Positions 9,657 to 19,591 of a DNA stretch of 64,000 nucleotides are shown piece after piece. Location: assembly GCA_030550585.1 (NCBI GenBank), contig JAUQPB010000001.1, forward strand, positions 512,001-576,000, read 5' to 3'. The DNA is from Thermoproteota archaeon (lineage in GTDB: Archaea; Thermoproteota; Thermoprotei_A; Sulfolobales; Ignisphaeraceae). The notes under the pieces are model-generated. The model was not told the DNA's origin. It saw only the letters and a list, made by a program, of their open reading frames with translations, and made no database searches. Positions within the stretch are counted from its first letter, which is position 1. Each line of letters starts with the position of its first letter. Both the position numbers and the translations under genes were made by a program.

Positions 9657-10715
9657 GTGGGTGCAAAACCGATACTAATTGTTGACAACCTGAAAAAGTA
9701 TTATGAGATTAGAGGGTCTTTTCTACAAGTGCTGGGAATTAAACCACCAACATATTTGAGGGCTGTGGATGGCATTACATTTTCCATAGATAGGGGAGAG
9801 ATCTTTTGCCTAGTCGGCGAATCTGGGTGTGGCAAGACAACAACTGGGAGATTGATAGCAAGGCTTATAACACCGACATCAGGTTCTATACTTTACAGAC
9901 CATCCGATGAACTTAAAAATTATCTTGAATCGCAAGGCTTTACAAATGAGTATATAGATCTTGGAAAGCGCTATCCAAAACAAATCGACAAGGCGTTGAG
10001 AAGAGAAATTCAGATAATATTCCAAGACCCGTACAGCTCTCTGAACCCAAGGATGAAGATCAAGGATATTTTGGAAGAGCCTCTAATCATACATGGAATT
10101 GGCGACAAACCTTCTCAGAGACTAGAGACTATCCTAAAGGCCCTTCAAGAAGTTAAGCTCGCGCCGCCAGAGGAATTTGTTGAGAGATATCCACATATGT
10201 TATCTGGTGGGCAGAGACAGAGGGTCGCAATTGCAAGAGCGTTGATACTAAAACCCTCTCTTATAGTTGCTGACGAACCTGTGAGCATGCTCGACGTTTC
10301 AATACGTGTAGAGATTCTACAGCTTATGCTAGACATTAAAAAGAGCAGAAATATATCATACCTATTCATAACACACGATCTTGCAGTAGCAAGTTATGTA
10401 TGTAACAAGATAGCTGTTATGTATCTAGGGAAAATAGTTGAAATGGGTGACGCTGAAAAGGTAGTAGAGAATCCGTTGCACCCATATACCAAAGCATTAA
10501 TAGAATCTGTTCCAGAGCCAGACCCACGCAATAGATTAGCCCTTAGGAAAATCGATATAAAGGGCGAGGTCCCCTCAGCAGTGAACATTCCACCTGGTTG
10601 CAGGTTTCACCCAAGATGCCCGTTTGCTATGGATATTTGCAGAAGGGAGGAGCCACCAATGATCGAAATAGAGAATGGTCATAAGGTTGCATGTTGGCTT
10701 TATGCGAAAAAGTGA
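9657..10715 (+). CDS. Peptide ABC transporter ATP-binding protein (OppF/DppF)
   Basis: GESGCGKT, FQDPYSSLNP, LSGGQRQR, DEPVSMLD, GCRFHPRCP. Confidence 0.95.
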   Translation: MGAKPILIVDNLKKYYEIRGSFLQVLGIKPPTYLRAVDGITFSIDRGEIFCLVGESGCGKTTTGRLIARLITPTSGSILYRPSDELKNYLESQGFTNEYIDLGKRYPKQIDKALRREIQIIFQDPYSSLNPRMKIKDILEEPLIIHGIGDKPSQRLETILKALQEVKLAPPEEFVERYPHMLSGGQRQRVAIARALILKPSLIVADEPVSMLDVSIRVEILQLMLDIKKSRNISYLFITHDLAVASYVCNKIAVMYLGKIVEMGDAEKVVENPLHPYTKALIESVPEPDPRNRLALRKIDIKGEVPSAVNIPPGCRFHPRCPFAMDICRREEPPMIEIENGHKVACWLYAKK

Positions 10716-10806
10716 AAACTATTTTCTTTATAGCTTAAAAGCAGCTTCAAAATATTTTTTAAATGTTTAAAGTTATGTTTAGTCAATATGCTGATAGTGG
10801 TCTTAA

Positions 10807-11295
10807 ATGTCATCGTCAGGAGGAAGCTATAGACATATTGTAAGAATAGCTGAAACAGATATTCCAGGAAACATTAGCTTGGCCTGGGGCCTTGCAAAGA
10901 TAAAGGGTGTTGGATATAACATGGCTATAGCAATTTGTAGAAAGCTTGGTTTAGATCCCAGTTCTCTTGTAGGCTATTTAAGAGACGAGGATGTAGCACA
11001 AATAGAGGAGGTCATTAAGAATCCACTGAAGTATGGGTTTCCATCTTGGATGCTGAATAGAAGAAAGGACTATGAAACTGGGCAGGACATGCATCTTACT
11101 TCTTCCGAGTTGATATACTATGCTAGACAGGATATAGATAGAGAGATTAGGATTAGAAGCTGGAAAGGAATAAGACACTCAATGGGCTATAAGGTTAGGG
11201 GTCAGAAAACCCATACCACTGGTCGTATAGGACCTGTTGTAGGTGTGCAAAGAAAGAAGGCAGCCCAGCAGCAACAACAGCAACAACAGAAGTAG
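10807..11295 (+). CDS. rps13: 30S ribosomal protein S13 (uS13)
   Basis: HIVRI, IKGVG, PSWMLNRRKD, WKGIRH..G.KVRGQKT motifs. Confidence 0.98.
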   Translation: MSSSGGSYRHIVRIAETDIPGNISLAWGLAKIKGVGYNMAIAICRKLGLDPSSLVGYLRDEDVAQIEEVIKNPLKYGFPSWMLNRRKDYETGQDMHLTSSELIYYARQDIDREIRIRSWKGIRHSMGYKVRGQKTHTTGRIGPVVGVQRKKAAQQQQQQQQK

Positions 11296-11314
11296 TTTTT
11301 TGGTGGTGTAGGCA

Positions 11315-11836
11315 ATGGGCGATCCAAAGAAATCCAGAAGAAAGTGGGAATCACCAGGACATCCATGGATAAAGTCTAGATTAGAAAGAGAAATGGAGCT
11401 TGTTGGAACATATGGTCTTAGGAATAAGAGAGAGCTTTGGATTGCTGAAACGATGCTGAGAAGAGTAAAGCATCTAGCAAGATCTTTACTGGCTTTGCCG
11501 GAGGAGGAAAGAGAAAAGAGGCTTAATCAATTGGTGGCAAGGCTTTATAGCATGGGTATATTGCCGGCATCTAACGCCACAATCACAGATATCCTAAGCC
11601 TTTCAACAGAAGCTGTGCTGGAAAGGAGGTTACAGACAATTGTTTGGAAAAAAGGTTTGGCAAAGACAATTCATCAGGCTAGGCAGCTCATAGTTCATGG
11701 ACACATAGCTGTTAGGGGTAGGAGGGTCACATCCCCAGGATATCTAGTTAGCAGAGAAGATGAAAAATATATAGATTTTTACCCAACCTCTCCATATGCA
11801 AAAGCTGGTGCAACTAAAGCAACACAGACAGGCTGA
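11315..11836 (+). CDS. rps4: 30S ribosomal protein S4 (uS4)
   Basis: [34 protein letters not shown]. Confidence 0.98.
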   Translation: MGDPKKSRRKWESPGHPWIKSRLEREMELVGTYGLRNKRELWIAETMLRRVKHLARSLLALPEEEREKRLNQLVARLYSMGILPASNATITDILSLSTEAVLERRLQTIVWKKGLAKTIHQARQLIVHGHIAVRGRRVTSPGYLVSREDEKYIDFYPTSPYAKAGATKATQTG

Positions 11837-11850
11837 GGTGACTAAGATAG

Positions 11851-12252
11851 ATGTCTTTTGGAAGTAGAGAACTGAAATGGGGTATAGCACACATATATGC
11901 ATCTTTCAACAACACAATAATACATATAACAGATATTAGTGGCGCCGAGACTGTTGCCAGAGGCTCTGGAGGTATGGTTGTGAGAGCCGACAGAGAGAAG
12001 CCAAGTCCTTATGCAGCTATGATGGTTGCCTATAGAGTTGCTCAAGAGTCTATGGAAAAAGGCGTTACAGCAATACATATAAGAGTTAGGGCTCCTGGTG
12101 GTCACGGGCCCAAGATACCTGGTCCAGGAGCACAAGCTGCTATAAGAGCCTTGGCTAGGGCAGGATTTATTATCGGTAGGATAGAGGATGTAACCCCAAT
12201 ACCGCATGATACCACTAGAAGGCCTGGCGGCAGACGTGGTAGAAGGGTGTAA
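11851..12252 (+). CDS. rps11: 30S ribosomal protein S11 (uS11)
   Basis: [37 protein letters not shown]. Confidence 0.99.
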   Translation: MSFGSRELKWGIAHIYASFNNTIIHITDISGAETVARGSGGMVVRADREKPSPYAAMMVAYRVAQESMEKGVTAIHIRVRAPGGHGPKIPGPGAQAAIRALARAGFIIGRIEDVTPIPHDTTRRPGGRRGRRV

Positions 12253-12255
12253 TTA

Positions 12256-13113
12256 TTGAATATAGTGATTAGGGAGTGGTCTAAAGAGTTCATAGAGCTA
12301 TTTGTTGATGGAGCTCCTCTACCGCTACTAAATGCTATCAGAAGATACTCCCTAGCTAAGGTTCCAACATATGCCATAGATGAGGTAACAATAGTATCAA
12401 ATACCTCAGCTATGTTTGATGAAATGCTTGCACATAGATTGGCAATGGTACCTCTACGGAGTGAGGAAAGCGTTGACAGGTTGCTAGAGGTGGATGTAGC
12501 TACCTGTGAGAAATGCTCGCTTGATTCTGAGGAGAAGCCACCCAAAGATTTATGCGATAAATGCTTTGTTAACATGTTTCTCGAGGTTGAGGCACACGAT
12601 AACGAGATTACAGTATATTCTGGAGATATAAAGTCTGAGGATCCATACGTAAAACCAGTATACGATAATATACCAATAGTTGTTCTCTCACCCGGGCAGA
12701 GAGTTGCTTTAGAGATTAGAGCCAGGATTGGTAGGGGGTTGGAGCATGCTAAGTGGAGTCCCGCAACTGTTTCTGTCACTAGACACTTGGCTAGAATTGA
12801 AGTAGACAAAGGTTTGTGCACTCTTTGTGGAAAATGTGTTGAGGTGTGCCCCAAAAAGGTTCTTTATGTGGATGGCAACGAGATCAAAATTAGAAACATA
12901 TTTGATTGTATAATATGCAAGCAATGTATGCAAGTATGCCAGCCAAAGGCAATAAGCGTTGATGGAATAGACGATAAAAATATTTTAAGGATAGAGTCTA
13001 GCGGGTCTCTAGAGCCCGAAACCATACTTAAAATATCCCTTGAAATCTTGAAAAAAGAGCTTGCAGAAATCAGAAGCTTTATTGAAGAACTTAAAAAAGG
13101 TGGTGGTAGTTGA
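12256..13113 (+). CDS. rpo3: DNA-directed RNA polymerase subunit Rpo3 (D) with ferredoxin-like domain
   Basis: NAIRR, FDEMLAHRL, HAKWSP; two CxxCxxCxxxC motifs. Confidence 0.96.
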   Translation: MNIVIREWSKEFIELFVDGAPLPLLNAIRRYSLAKVPTYAIDEVTIVSNTSAMFDEMLAHRLAMVPLRSEESVDRLLEVDVATCEKCSLDSEEKPPKDLCDKCFVNMFLEVEAHDNEITVYSGDIKSEDPYVKPVYDNIPIVVLSPGQRVALEIRARIGRGLEHAKWSPATVSVTRHLARIEVDKGLCTLCGKCVEVCPKKVLYVDGNEIKIRNIFDCIICKQCMQVCQPKAISVDGIDDKNILRIESSGSLEPETILKISLEILKKELAEIRSFIEELKKGGGS

Positions 13114-13472
13114 GGAGAACAGGCCCCACAAACTACATATTGAGAAAGACCATAAGAGAACTTAGGAAAGCTGCTAGAGCTAATAAAGCAGCTATTTGGA
13201 GATATGTGGCCGAATTACTCGAAAGACCTGCTAGAAGAAGGGTTGTAGTAAACATCTATAAAATAAATAGGTATACAAGTGATGGAGATGTTGTTGTGGT
13301 TCCAGGAAAAGTTCTAGGTGTTGGCAAATTAGATCACAAGGTTACAATCGCTGCTGTAAGCTTTTCTCTAGTGGCCCTAGAAAAAGTTAAGAGTGCTGGT
13401 GGAAGAGCTGTGCACATACTTGATCTTGTTAAAGAGAATCCTACTGGAAGTAGAGTAAAGGTGATCATATGA
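13110..13472 (+). CDS. rpl18e: 50S ribosomal protein L18e (eL18)
   Basis: TGPTN, VVVPGKVLG motifs; synteny after rpo3. Confidence 0.96.
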   Translation: MRRTGPTNYILRKTIRELRKAARANKAAIWRYVAELLERPARRRVVVNIYKINRYTSDGDVVVVPGKVLGVGKLDHKVTIAAVSFSLVALEKVKSAGGRAVHILDLVKENPTGSRVKVII

Positions 13473-13972
13473 GTATAGTGGAAAGCACATCAAAAGATCT
13501 ATATGCAAACGTATTGTCGAAGGGAATAAAGGAAGTCATTATCGATGCGGATTCCATGGTTTTGGGAAGACTTGCAAGCATAGTTGCAAAACTGGCTCTT
13601 ATGAATGTTAAAGTTCATGTTGTCAATGTTGAGAAAGCCATGTTGACAGGAGATAAGAAGAGGGTGATAGAAGGTTATAAGCTTTTATTCAATGTAAAAA
13701 CCCATAAAAATCCATATAGACACGCTATACATAGGCCGAGGAACCCTGTAACAATATTTAAAAAAGCTGTTAAGAATATGCTTCCAAAAGATAATTGGAG
13801 AGGTGTAGAGGCACTTAAAAATGTTAAGGCCTATATAGGTGTGCCAGCCAAGTTTGAGGGGAGGGAAATCGTAAGAATTATTGATGTATCTATATATAGC
13901 CGAAAAGCAGAAAAATATATTACATTAGCTGAGTTGGCTAGAGCCCTTGGCTGGCATCAGAAGGTGGTGTAA
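13469..13972 (+). CDS. rpl13: 50S ribosomal protein L13 (uL13)
   Basis: IDA...LGRLASIVAK, RPRNP..IFKKAVKNMLP. Confidence 0.96.
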   Translation: MSIVESTSKDLYANVLSKGIKEVIIDADSMVLGRLASIVAKLALMNVKVHVVNVEKAMLTGDKKRVIEGYKLLFNVKTHKNPYRHAIHRPRNPVTIFKKAVKNMLPKDNWRGVEALKNVKAYIGVPAKFEGREIVRIIDVSIYSRKAEKYITLAELARALGWHQKVV

Positions 13973-13975
13973 TAG

Positions 13976-14437
13976 ATGTCGCAAGAAAAGCAGGAGCTGA
14001 GACTAATTGGCGCATATCCTCAGATAGTTAGTGGGAAAAAGATTGTGATAAGTGTTGGCAAGAGAAAGACTGCTATTGCAAGGGCAATTATAAGACCTGG
14101 GCAGGGCAGGTTCAGAGTTAATGGCTATCCAGTTGAGCTATGGCCGATAGAGTTGGCAAGGTTAAAGATGCTCGAACCTCTGAATATTCTTAGTGAGAAG
14201 CTTAGAAATACTATTGATATAGATGTCAATGTTGAGGGTGGGGGTGTGATGGCACAGGCCTACGCTGTACGAACAGCTGTTGCTAGGGGTCTTGTAATGT
14301 ACTTTGAAAACCCATTAATAAAACAGCTTTTTAATGAGTATGACAGGTCAATGCTGGCTGGCGATCCTAGGCAGACAGAGCCTGAAAAGTGGATGAGATA
14401 TAGCGCTAGGAGATTTAGACAAAAATCATATAGGTGA
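13976..14437 (+). CDS. rps9: 30S ribosomal protein S9 (uS9)
   Basis: GKRKTAIARA, GGGVMAQA, YDRSML.GDPR, QKSYR end. Confidence 0.98.
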   Translation: MSQEKQELRLIGAYPQIVSGKKIVISVGKRKTAIARAIIRPGQGRFRVNGYPVELWPIELARLKMLEPLNILSEKLRNTIDIDVNVEGGGVMAQAYAVRTAVARGLVMYFENPLIKQLFNEYDRSMLAGDPRQTEPEKWMRYSARRFRQKSYR

Positions 14438-14443
14438 GATGAA

Positions 14444-14644
14444 GTGATAATACCTGTTAGATGCTTCACATGCGGTTATCCAATAGGTGCTAAATGGGAA
14501 GAGTTTAGAAGGCGTGTGGAGAATGGGGAGGAACCAGCAAAAGTTTTGGACGACCTTGGTATAAAGAGGTATTGCTGTCGAAGGATGATGATCTCACACA
14601 TAGAATTATTTAGACATGTCATAAAATATGGTAGTGTTAAATAG
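14444..14644 (+). CDS. rpo10: DNA-directed RNA polymerase subunit Rpo10 (N)
   Basis: IPVRCFTCG and RYCCRRM zinc motifs. Confidence 0.98.
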   Translation: MIIPVRCFTCGYPIGAKWEEFRRRVENGEEPAKVLDDLGIKRYCCRRMMISHIELFRHVIKYGSVK

Positions 14645-14653
14645 GTGTTGTAA

Positions 14654-15280
14654 ATGGAAGAGCAGAAAGCATTAGCGCAACAACAAGTGGAGCTTCTGGT
14701 GCCCCTAGAGCTATATCTCCAAGCAGGGGTTCACATAGGGACTCATACATGCACCAAGCAAATGGAGAAATTTGTTTTTAGAGTTAGACCAGATGGACTC
14801 TACATACTAGATATCAAGAAAACTGATGAGAGGTTAAGAATAGCTGGCAAATTCCTTAGCAGATACGAACCATCGAAAATAATGGTGGTTTCGACAAGGC
14901 AATATGGAAAACAGCCAGTGCTGAAATTTGCAGAGTTTGTTGGTGCGAAACCCGTAGTTGGAAGATTTGTTCCCGGCACACTTACAAATCCAAAGCTTGA
15001 CTGGTACTATGAACCAGATGTTATAATATTGACTGACCCGAGGATAGACTCGCAGCCGCTTGACGAGGCATTAATGATTGGTATACCAGTGGTTGCTTTT
15101 GTTAGTACAGATAACAGATTGGAGGGGGTTGACCTAGCAATACCCGCCAACAACAAAGGCAGAAAATCTCTAGCATTATTGTACTGGATACTAGCAAGGC
15201 AAATTCTACGAGAGAGGGGAAGTATAGGACCCACAGACAACCTGCCTGTTACTCACGAAGCCTTTGAATCTCCTACCTGA
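14654..15280 (+). CDS. rps2: 30S ribosomal protein S2 (uS2)
   Basis: [29 protein letters not shown]. Confidence 0.98.
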   Translation: MEEQKALAQQQVELLVPLELYLQAGVHIGTHTCTKQMEKFVFRVRPDGLYILDIKKTDERLRIAGKFLSRYEPSKIMVVSTRQYGKQPVLKFAEFVGAKPVVGRFVPGTLTNPKLDWYYEPDVIILTDPRIDSQPLDEALMIGIPVVAFVSTDNRLEGVDLAIPANNKGRKSLALLYWILARQILRERGSIGPTDNLPVTHEAFESPT

Positions 15281-15297
15281 ATAAACCATGTGATTCA

Positions 15298-16116
15298 ATG
15301 AATAGAGTGCTACGTAAAAGAGTTTCAATTCCTTTTACAATAATTGGCATTCCAATAAAAGGCTTCTACACGCCATTTGTATCAGCTCCGTCAAACATTT
15401 CATGCACCTTTATAGCAAGGATTGAAAGAGGCTCAAAAAGCTATGAGAGAACCTTGGACTACAAGCACCTAGATATTAGTGCAAACATTATAAACTATGT
15501 TGGTATGGTATTAGATGAACTAGGCTATGAAGGGATTGGTGGAGAAGTTAATGTCTCTTGCGACAGAGACCCACCTACGATATCTGTGTTCTCTGTAGCA
15601 ACAATTGAAATAATAAAGGAGTTGTTGGGAATAACTGCAAGGGATTACCTGTGGGCTCTAAAAAATATGGCACCATTTGACGAGAAAGTGCTTGGATTTG
15701 ATCCAGGCTATATTGAGTCATTGAGATGTTCCCATCTCTTCAATAGTGTATGTGTAGTTAAGGGACATAATGAAATAGTTAGATTGGGTAGTGCAAGGGT
15801 TTTTATTGAAAAAGTAAAGGAGGTTTTGTGCAAAGATAGAGAATGTAACTCACTTGAATATCCATATGATAGCTATACATTGTCGCTCTTTTACAAGTTG
15901 CTAACACATGTGATAGGCCTTTTTGCGCAAACGGTTAATGCAAATGGAGAAACAGGTTTAGATAAAATAAGTAAGGTGCTTGGCTTGTACATTGCGTGGG
16001 AGAGCAAAGCTGTAAAAGACTATCTAGGTGATGAACTTGTTTATAGCGAGGTAAGCGAGGCAAAACCGGTCATGGACTACACCAAAGTGGGGTTCTATAG
16101 AATAAAATTCATGTAG
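15298..16116 (+). CDS. Hypothetical protein, probable degenerate GHMP/mevalonate-kinase homologue
   Basis: 272-aa ORF in the mvk slot before ipk; weak colinear resemblance to MVK by eye, no PxGxGLGSS loop. Confidence 0.6.
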   Translation: MNRVLRKRVSIPFTIIGIPIKGFYTPFVSAPSNISCTFIARIERGSKSYERTLDYKHLDISANIINYVGMVLDELGYEGIGGEVNVSCDRDPPTISVFSVATIEIIKELLGITARDYLWALKNMAPFDEKVLGFDPGYIESLRCSHLFNSVCVVKGHNEIVRLGSARVFIEKVKEVLCKDRECNSLEYPYDSYTLSLFYKLLTHVIGLFAQTVNANGETGLDKISKVLGLYIAWESKAVKDYLGDELVYSEVSEAKPVMDYTKVGFYRIKFM

Positions 16117-16132
16117 CACAGGTTTGAGGTAT

Positions 16133-16912
16133 ATGATGGGCATAGTTAACATTCTAAAGATTGGCGGATCAGTGATAACAAACAAGGATGTCGAGTATTC
16201 AATAAGGTTTGACGAAATGTATAGAGTAGCTTATGAGATTAGCAAAGCATATCAGCTATGTACAAAGCAAATAATCTTGATACACGGTGGTGGGAGTTTT
16301 GGTCATGCAACTGTTGTAGAGCATGGGAATATAGAAAGTGGGCAAGCGATAACCCAGATAGTGTGGTTCATGAAAGAGCTGAACACTGTTTTCACCGATG
16401 CGTTGAATGCATATGGCGTTCCAGCACTATCTCTAGACACACACGCGGTTTTTTATCGAAGTCGTGGAGGAGAGCTAGAGTGTTTTTCTAAACCAATTGA
16501 AATGGCTCTGAAGAAAGGGGTCGTACCAATACTCTTTGGAGATATAATATTTGGGGACAATGACACAGAAATTTTGTCTGGCGATGAAATAGCGTGGAAG
16601 CTTTCAACAATTTTCAAACCGAGTAGAATACTCTTTGCAACAGATGTTGATGGTGTTTATGATAAGGATCCTAGAGACCCTAGAGCACACTTTCTAGAGC
16701 TTGTTAGAATAAGAGATATTGAGGCTATTGATACTAGTCTTCGGAAGAGAATTGATGTGACAGGAGGCATAAGGGCAAAGCTTCTATATGGTCTAAAATA
16801 TTGGAATAGTGATATAAGAGAGGTTCTTATATTCAATGGGCTTAAAAAAGATAACATCGTTAAAGCTCTTTGTGGAAAAAATGTTAGGGGGAGCAGGGTG
16901 GTGATGCTATGA
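16133..16912 (+). CDS. ipk: Isopentenyl phosphate kinase
   Basis: KIGGSVITNK, HGGGSFGH, ILSGDE, TDVDGVY, DVTGGI amino-acid-kinase motifs; next to fni. Confidence 0.93.
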   Translation: MMGIVNILKIGGSVITNKDVEYSIRFDEMYRVAYEISKAYQLCTKQIILIHGGGSFGHATVVEHGNIESGQAITQIVWFMKELNTVFTDALNAYGVPALSLDTHAVFYRSRGGELECFSKPIEMALKKGVVPILFGDIIFGDNDTEILSGDEIAWKLSTIFKPSRILFATDVDGVYDKDPRDPRAHFLELVRIRDIEAIDTSLRKRIDVTGGIRAKLLYGLKYWNSDIREVLIFNGLKKDNIVKALCGKNVRGSRVVML

Positions 16913-18000
16913 GTATAGAGAATAGAAAAAAAGAGCACATAGAAATAGCCTTATCTCCAGAGTCGCAAGGACCACTAACAACGCTATTCGAGGATGTTGT
17001 CTTAGTTCATAACGCTATCCCAGATGTTTCATATGATGAAATCGATGTATCAATAAATTTCCTTGGGCACAAACTCAATGCACCGCTAATAATCTCTGGT
17101 ATGACAGGTGGAACCGAGAAAGCCTTTGAAATAAATAGGAGACTGGCAGAGCTAGCCGAAGAGTTTCGTATAGCAATTGGCGTTGGCAGTCAAAGAGCCA
17201 TGATTGAAAACCCTTCTCTTCTATACACATATAAGGTTGTAAGGGATATAGCAAAATCGGTTCCGGTTATAGCTAATATTGGCTTTGCACAGCTAAAGAA
17301 GATAGGTATTGACCAGATAGAGGGTATGGTCTCAGCAATAGAAGCTAACGCGCTTGCCATCCATTTGAATCCAGCTCAGGAACTTGTCCAAGTTGAGGGC
17401 GATAAAGACTTTAGAGGGGTGCTTGACATACTTAAGGAACTTGCATCAAAGCTTTCAGTTCCTTTAATAATAAAAGAGGTTGGAAACGGGCTTTCAAAAG
17501 AGGTTGCCGAGAAGCTGTATTCCATAGGCATAAAAATATTCGATGTTGCTGGTGCTGGCGGCACCAACTGGGTCAAGATAGAATTGTTGAGGGGTCTAAA
17601 AAGCGGTGCAGATATGACTAGATTCGGTGAGGTGTTTACAGCTTGGGGGATACCAACAGCGGCTTCAATATGTGAAGTTAGGTCGGTTGCAGAGGATATA
17701 ACAGTAATTGGAAGTGGCGGAATTAGATCCGGTCTAGACATTGCAAAAGCTATTTCTCTTGGTGCAGATCTCGCAGCCGCCGCACAGCCATTTCTCAAAA
17801 GCGTGGCTATGGGAAGAGGCAGAGAATATGTAAACACAATTTTAAGACAACTCAAAACCGCAATGGCTCTTGTGAACTCTAAAAATATAGAGGAGCTGAA
17901 GCATGCCCCCACGGTGGTGCTTGGTAGGCTTGCCCAATGGATTTGCTCTAGAAAACTGAGGCTAAGAAACAATCACATTTATATACATTGTTGCTATTAG
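16909..18000 (+). CDS. fni: Type 2 isopentenyl-diphosphate delta-isomerase (FMN)
   Basis: RKKEHI, MTGG, GSQR, HLNPAQE, KEVGNG, GAGGTNW, SGGIRSG. Confidence 0.97.
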   Translation: MSIENRKKEHIEIALSPESQGPLTTLFEDVVLVHNAIPDVSYDEIDVSINFLGHKLNAPLIISGMTGGTEKAFEINRRLAELAEEFRIAIGVGSQRAMIENPSLLYTYKVVRDIAKSVPVIANIGFAQLKKIGIDQIEGMVSAIEANALAIHLNPAQELVQVEGDKDFRGVLDILKELASKLSVPLIIKEVGNGLSKEVAEKLYSIGIKIFDVAGAGGTNWVKIELLRGLKSGADMTRFGEVFTAWGIPTAASICEVRSVAEDITVIGSGGIRSGLDIAKAISLGADLAAAAQPFLKSVAMGRGREYVNTILRQLKTAMALVNSKNIEELKHAPTVVLGRLAQWICSRKLRLRNNHIYIHCCY

Positions 18001-18004
18001 AAAT

Positions 18005-19012
18005 ATGGGAAGCCATATGGATTTAACGAGTTATGCAAATGTTGTCGCAAAGAAAGTCGAAGATTTCATATACAATAATTTAAAGGGCTATCCACAAAAA
18101 CTATATGAAGCATCGCTACATTATATCAGAGCCGGTGGTAAGAGGCTTAGACCCCTGGTAGTTGTGCTCTCTAGCAGAATTGGTGGTGGTAGCGAAGAAA
18201 TAGCTATACCAGGTGCTGCAGCTGTAGAAGTTTTACACACATTCACACTCGTTCACGACGACATAATCGACAAGGATGAGTTTAGACGAGGCGTTCCAAC
18301 AGTACATAAACTATGGGGTGTTGAGATGGGCATCATAGCAGGAGACCTTCTGTTTGCTTATGCATATAAATGCTTGTTAAAGGCTCTGGAATACTCTGTG
18401 CCAAGCGAGAGGGTTGCCAAGGCTTTGGAAGCATTGACAGAAGCAGCTATAACAGTGGCTGAGGGACAGGCTCTAGACATGCTACTACCAGAAATGGAAA
18501 ATGCTGATATTGAGGATTACATAGACATGGTCTCAAAGAAAACAGCTGCACTATTCGCATATTCCGCAAAAATTGGTGGTATCTTGGCAGGAGCAGAGGA
18601 GAGACTGGTCTCAAACCTGTTTAATGCAATGATGAATGCAGGTATAGCATTTCAAATAAGAGACGATATACTTGGGCTAGTAGGCGATGAGAAAACACTT
18701 GGAAAACCTGTCTACAGTGATTTGAGAGAAGGCAAGAGGACTATACTGGTCATATACTCTTTGAAGAATTTAGATGAAGGTAAAAAAGCAAAGGTGCTCA
18801 GCGTTCTTGGAAACAGAAAAGCAGACATAGACTCTTTAAAAGAAGTGGCGCAGATCATTAGAGAGAGCGGAGCCATAGAATATGCAGATTCTCTCAGCGA
18901 GATGTATGCAAGCAGGGCGCTGGAGATTGTTAAGAGCATAGATTCAAACGATAGAGAAGCCCTTGAAATGTTCAAAGAAGTGATAGGATTCATGATAAAG
19001 AGAAACTATTAG
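18005..19012 (+). CDS. gds: Geranylgeranyl diphosphate synthase (polyprenyl synthetase)
   Basis: GGKRLRP, HDDIID..RRG, GQALD, KT, FQIRDD motifs. Confidence 0.95.
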   Translation: MGSHMDLTSYANVVAKKVEDFIYNNLKGYPQKLYEASLHYIRAGGKRLRPLVVVLSSRIGGGSEEIAIPGAAAVEVLHTFTLVHDDIIDKDEFRRGVPTVHKLWGVEMGIIAGDLLFAYAYKCLLKALEYSVPSERVAKALEALTEAAITVAEGQALDMLLPEMENADIEDYIDMVSKKTAALFAYSAKIGGILAGAEERLVSNLFNAMMNAGIAFQIRDDILGLVGDEKTLGKPVYSDLREGKRTILVIYSLKNLDEGKKAKVLSVLGNRKADIDSLKEVAQIIRESGAIEYADSLSEMYASRALEIVKSIDSNDREALEMFKEVIGFMIKRNY

Positions 19013-19042
19013 AACTTAGAGCTCAGCTGAGGAAAAAATTAA

Positions 19043-19591
19043 ATGTTCAAAAAGTCTTTTCAAAGGGTTGCATACCCTGTCGCATATTTAGATGAAGAAA
19101 GTATAAAGACTCTTGCTACGCAACACAACCTTCTTAGATATGTAAATCCGACCTCGAGAATCTATATAAACAGCAAGAGAAGATGTTTTGACGATAAGCC
19201 CTTGCAAGGTGGGGATAAGCAGCTCGTGGAAATAGTCTATGAGGCCCTACCTGAGCTTGCAATTGATGTAGAGAAAGGGATTGTAAAAACAAGTTTCGCT
19301 ATATACCTGCCAGAAAATGATCAATTGCTATATGTGGACACAGCTACAAAGGCTTTTATCATTGAAGCTTCAGGAAAAAATGTTTATCCACTTGTATCTG
19401 AGGGTAAAGTGGTTTCAGAGCATGAAAAAATATTTTATGTGGTGACAAACAAATTTGAGGTCAGGGTTATACGAGCAGAGGTTAGAGGAATAGTAGTCTA
19501 CATAGGTGATGCACTAGATAGCGAAACCAGTAAAATGATTTTAATAATAGTTGGTGAGGACAATGTCATCACAGTCTCTAGATGCCATTAA
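19043..19591 (+). CDS. DUF2118-like protein (C-terminal biotinyl/lipoyl-like fold)
   Basis: EASG..VYPLVSEG..V...E.IFYVVTNKFEVRVIRAEVRGIVVYI pattern recalled from DUF2118. Confidence 0.65.
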   Translation: MFKKSFQRVAYPVAYLDEESIKTLATQHNLLRYVNPTSRIYINSKRRCFDDKPLQGGDKQLVEIVYEALPELAIDVEKGIVKTSFAIYLPENDQLLYVDTATKAFIIEASGKNVYPLVSEGKVVSEHEKIFYVVTNKFEVRVIRAEVRGIVVYIGDALDSETSKMILIIVGEDNVITVSRCH

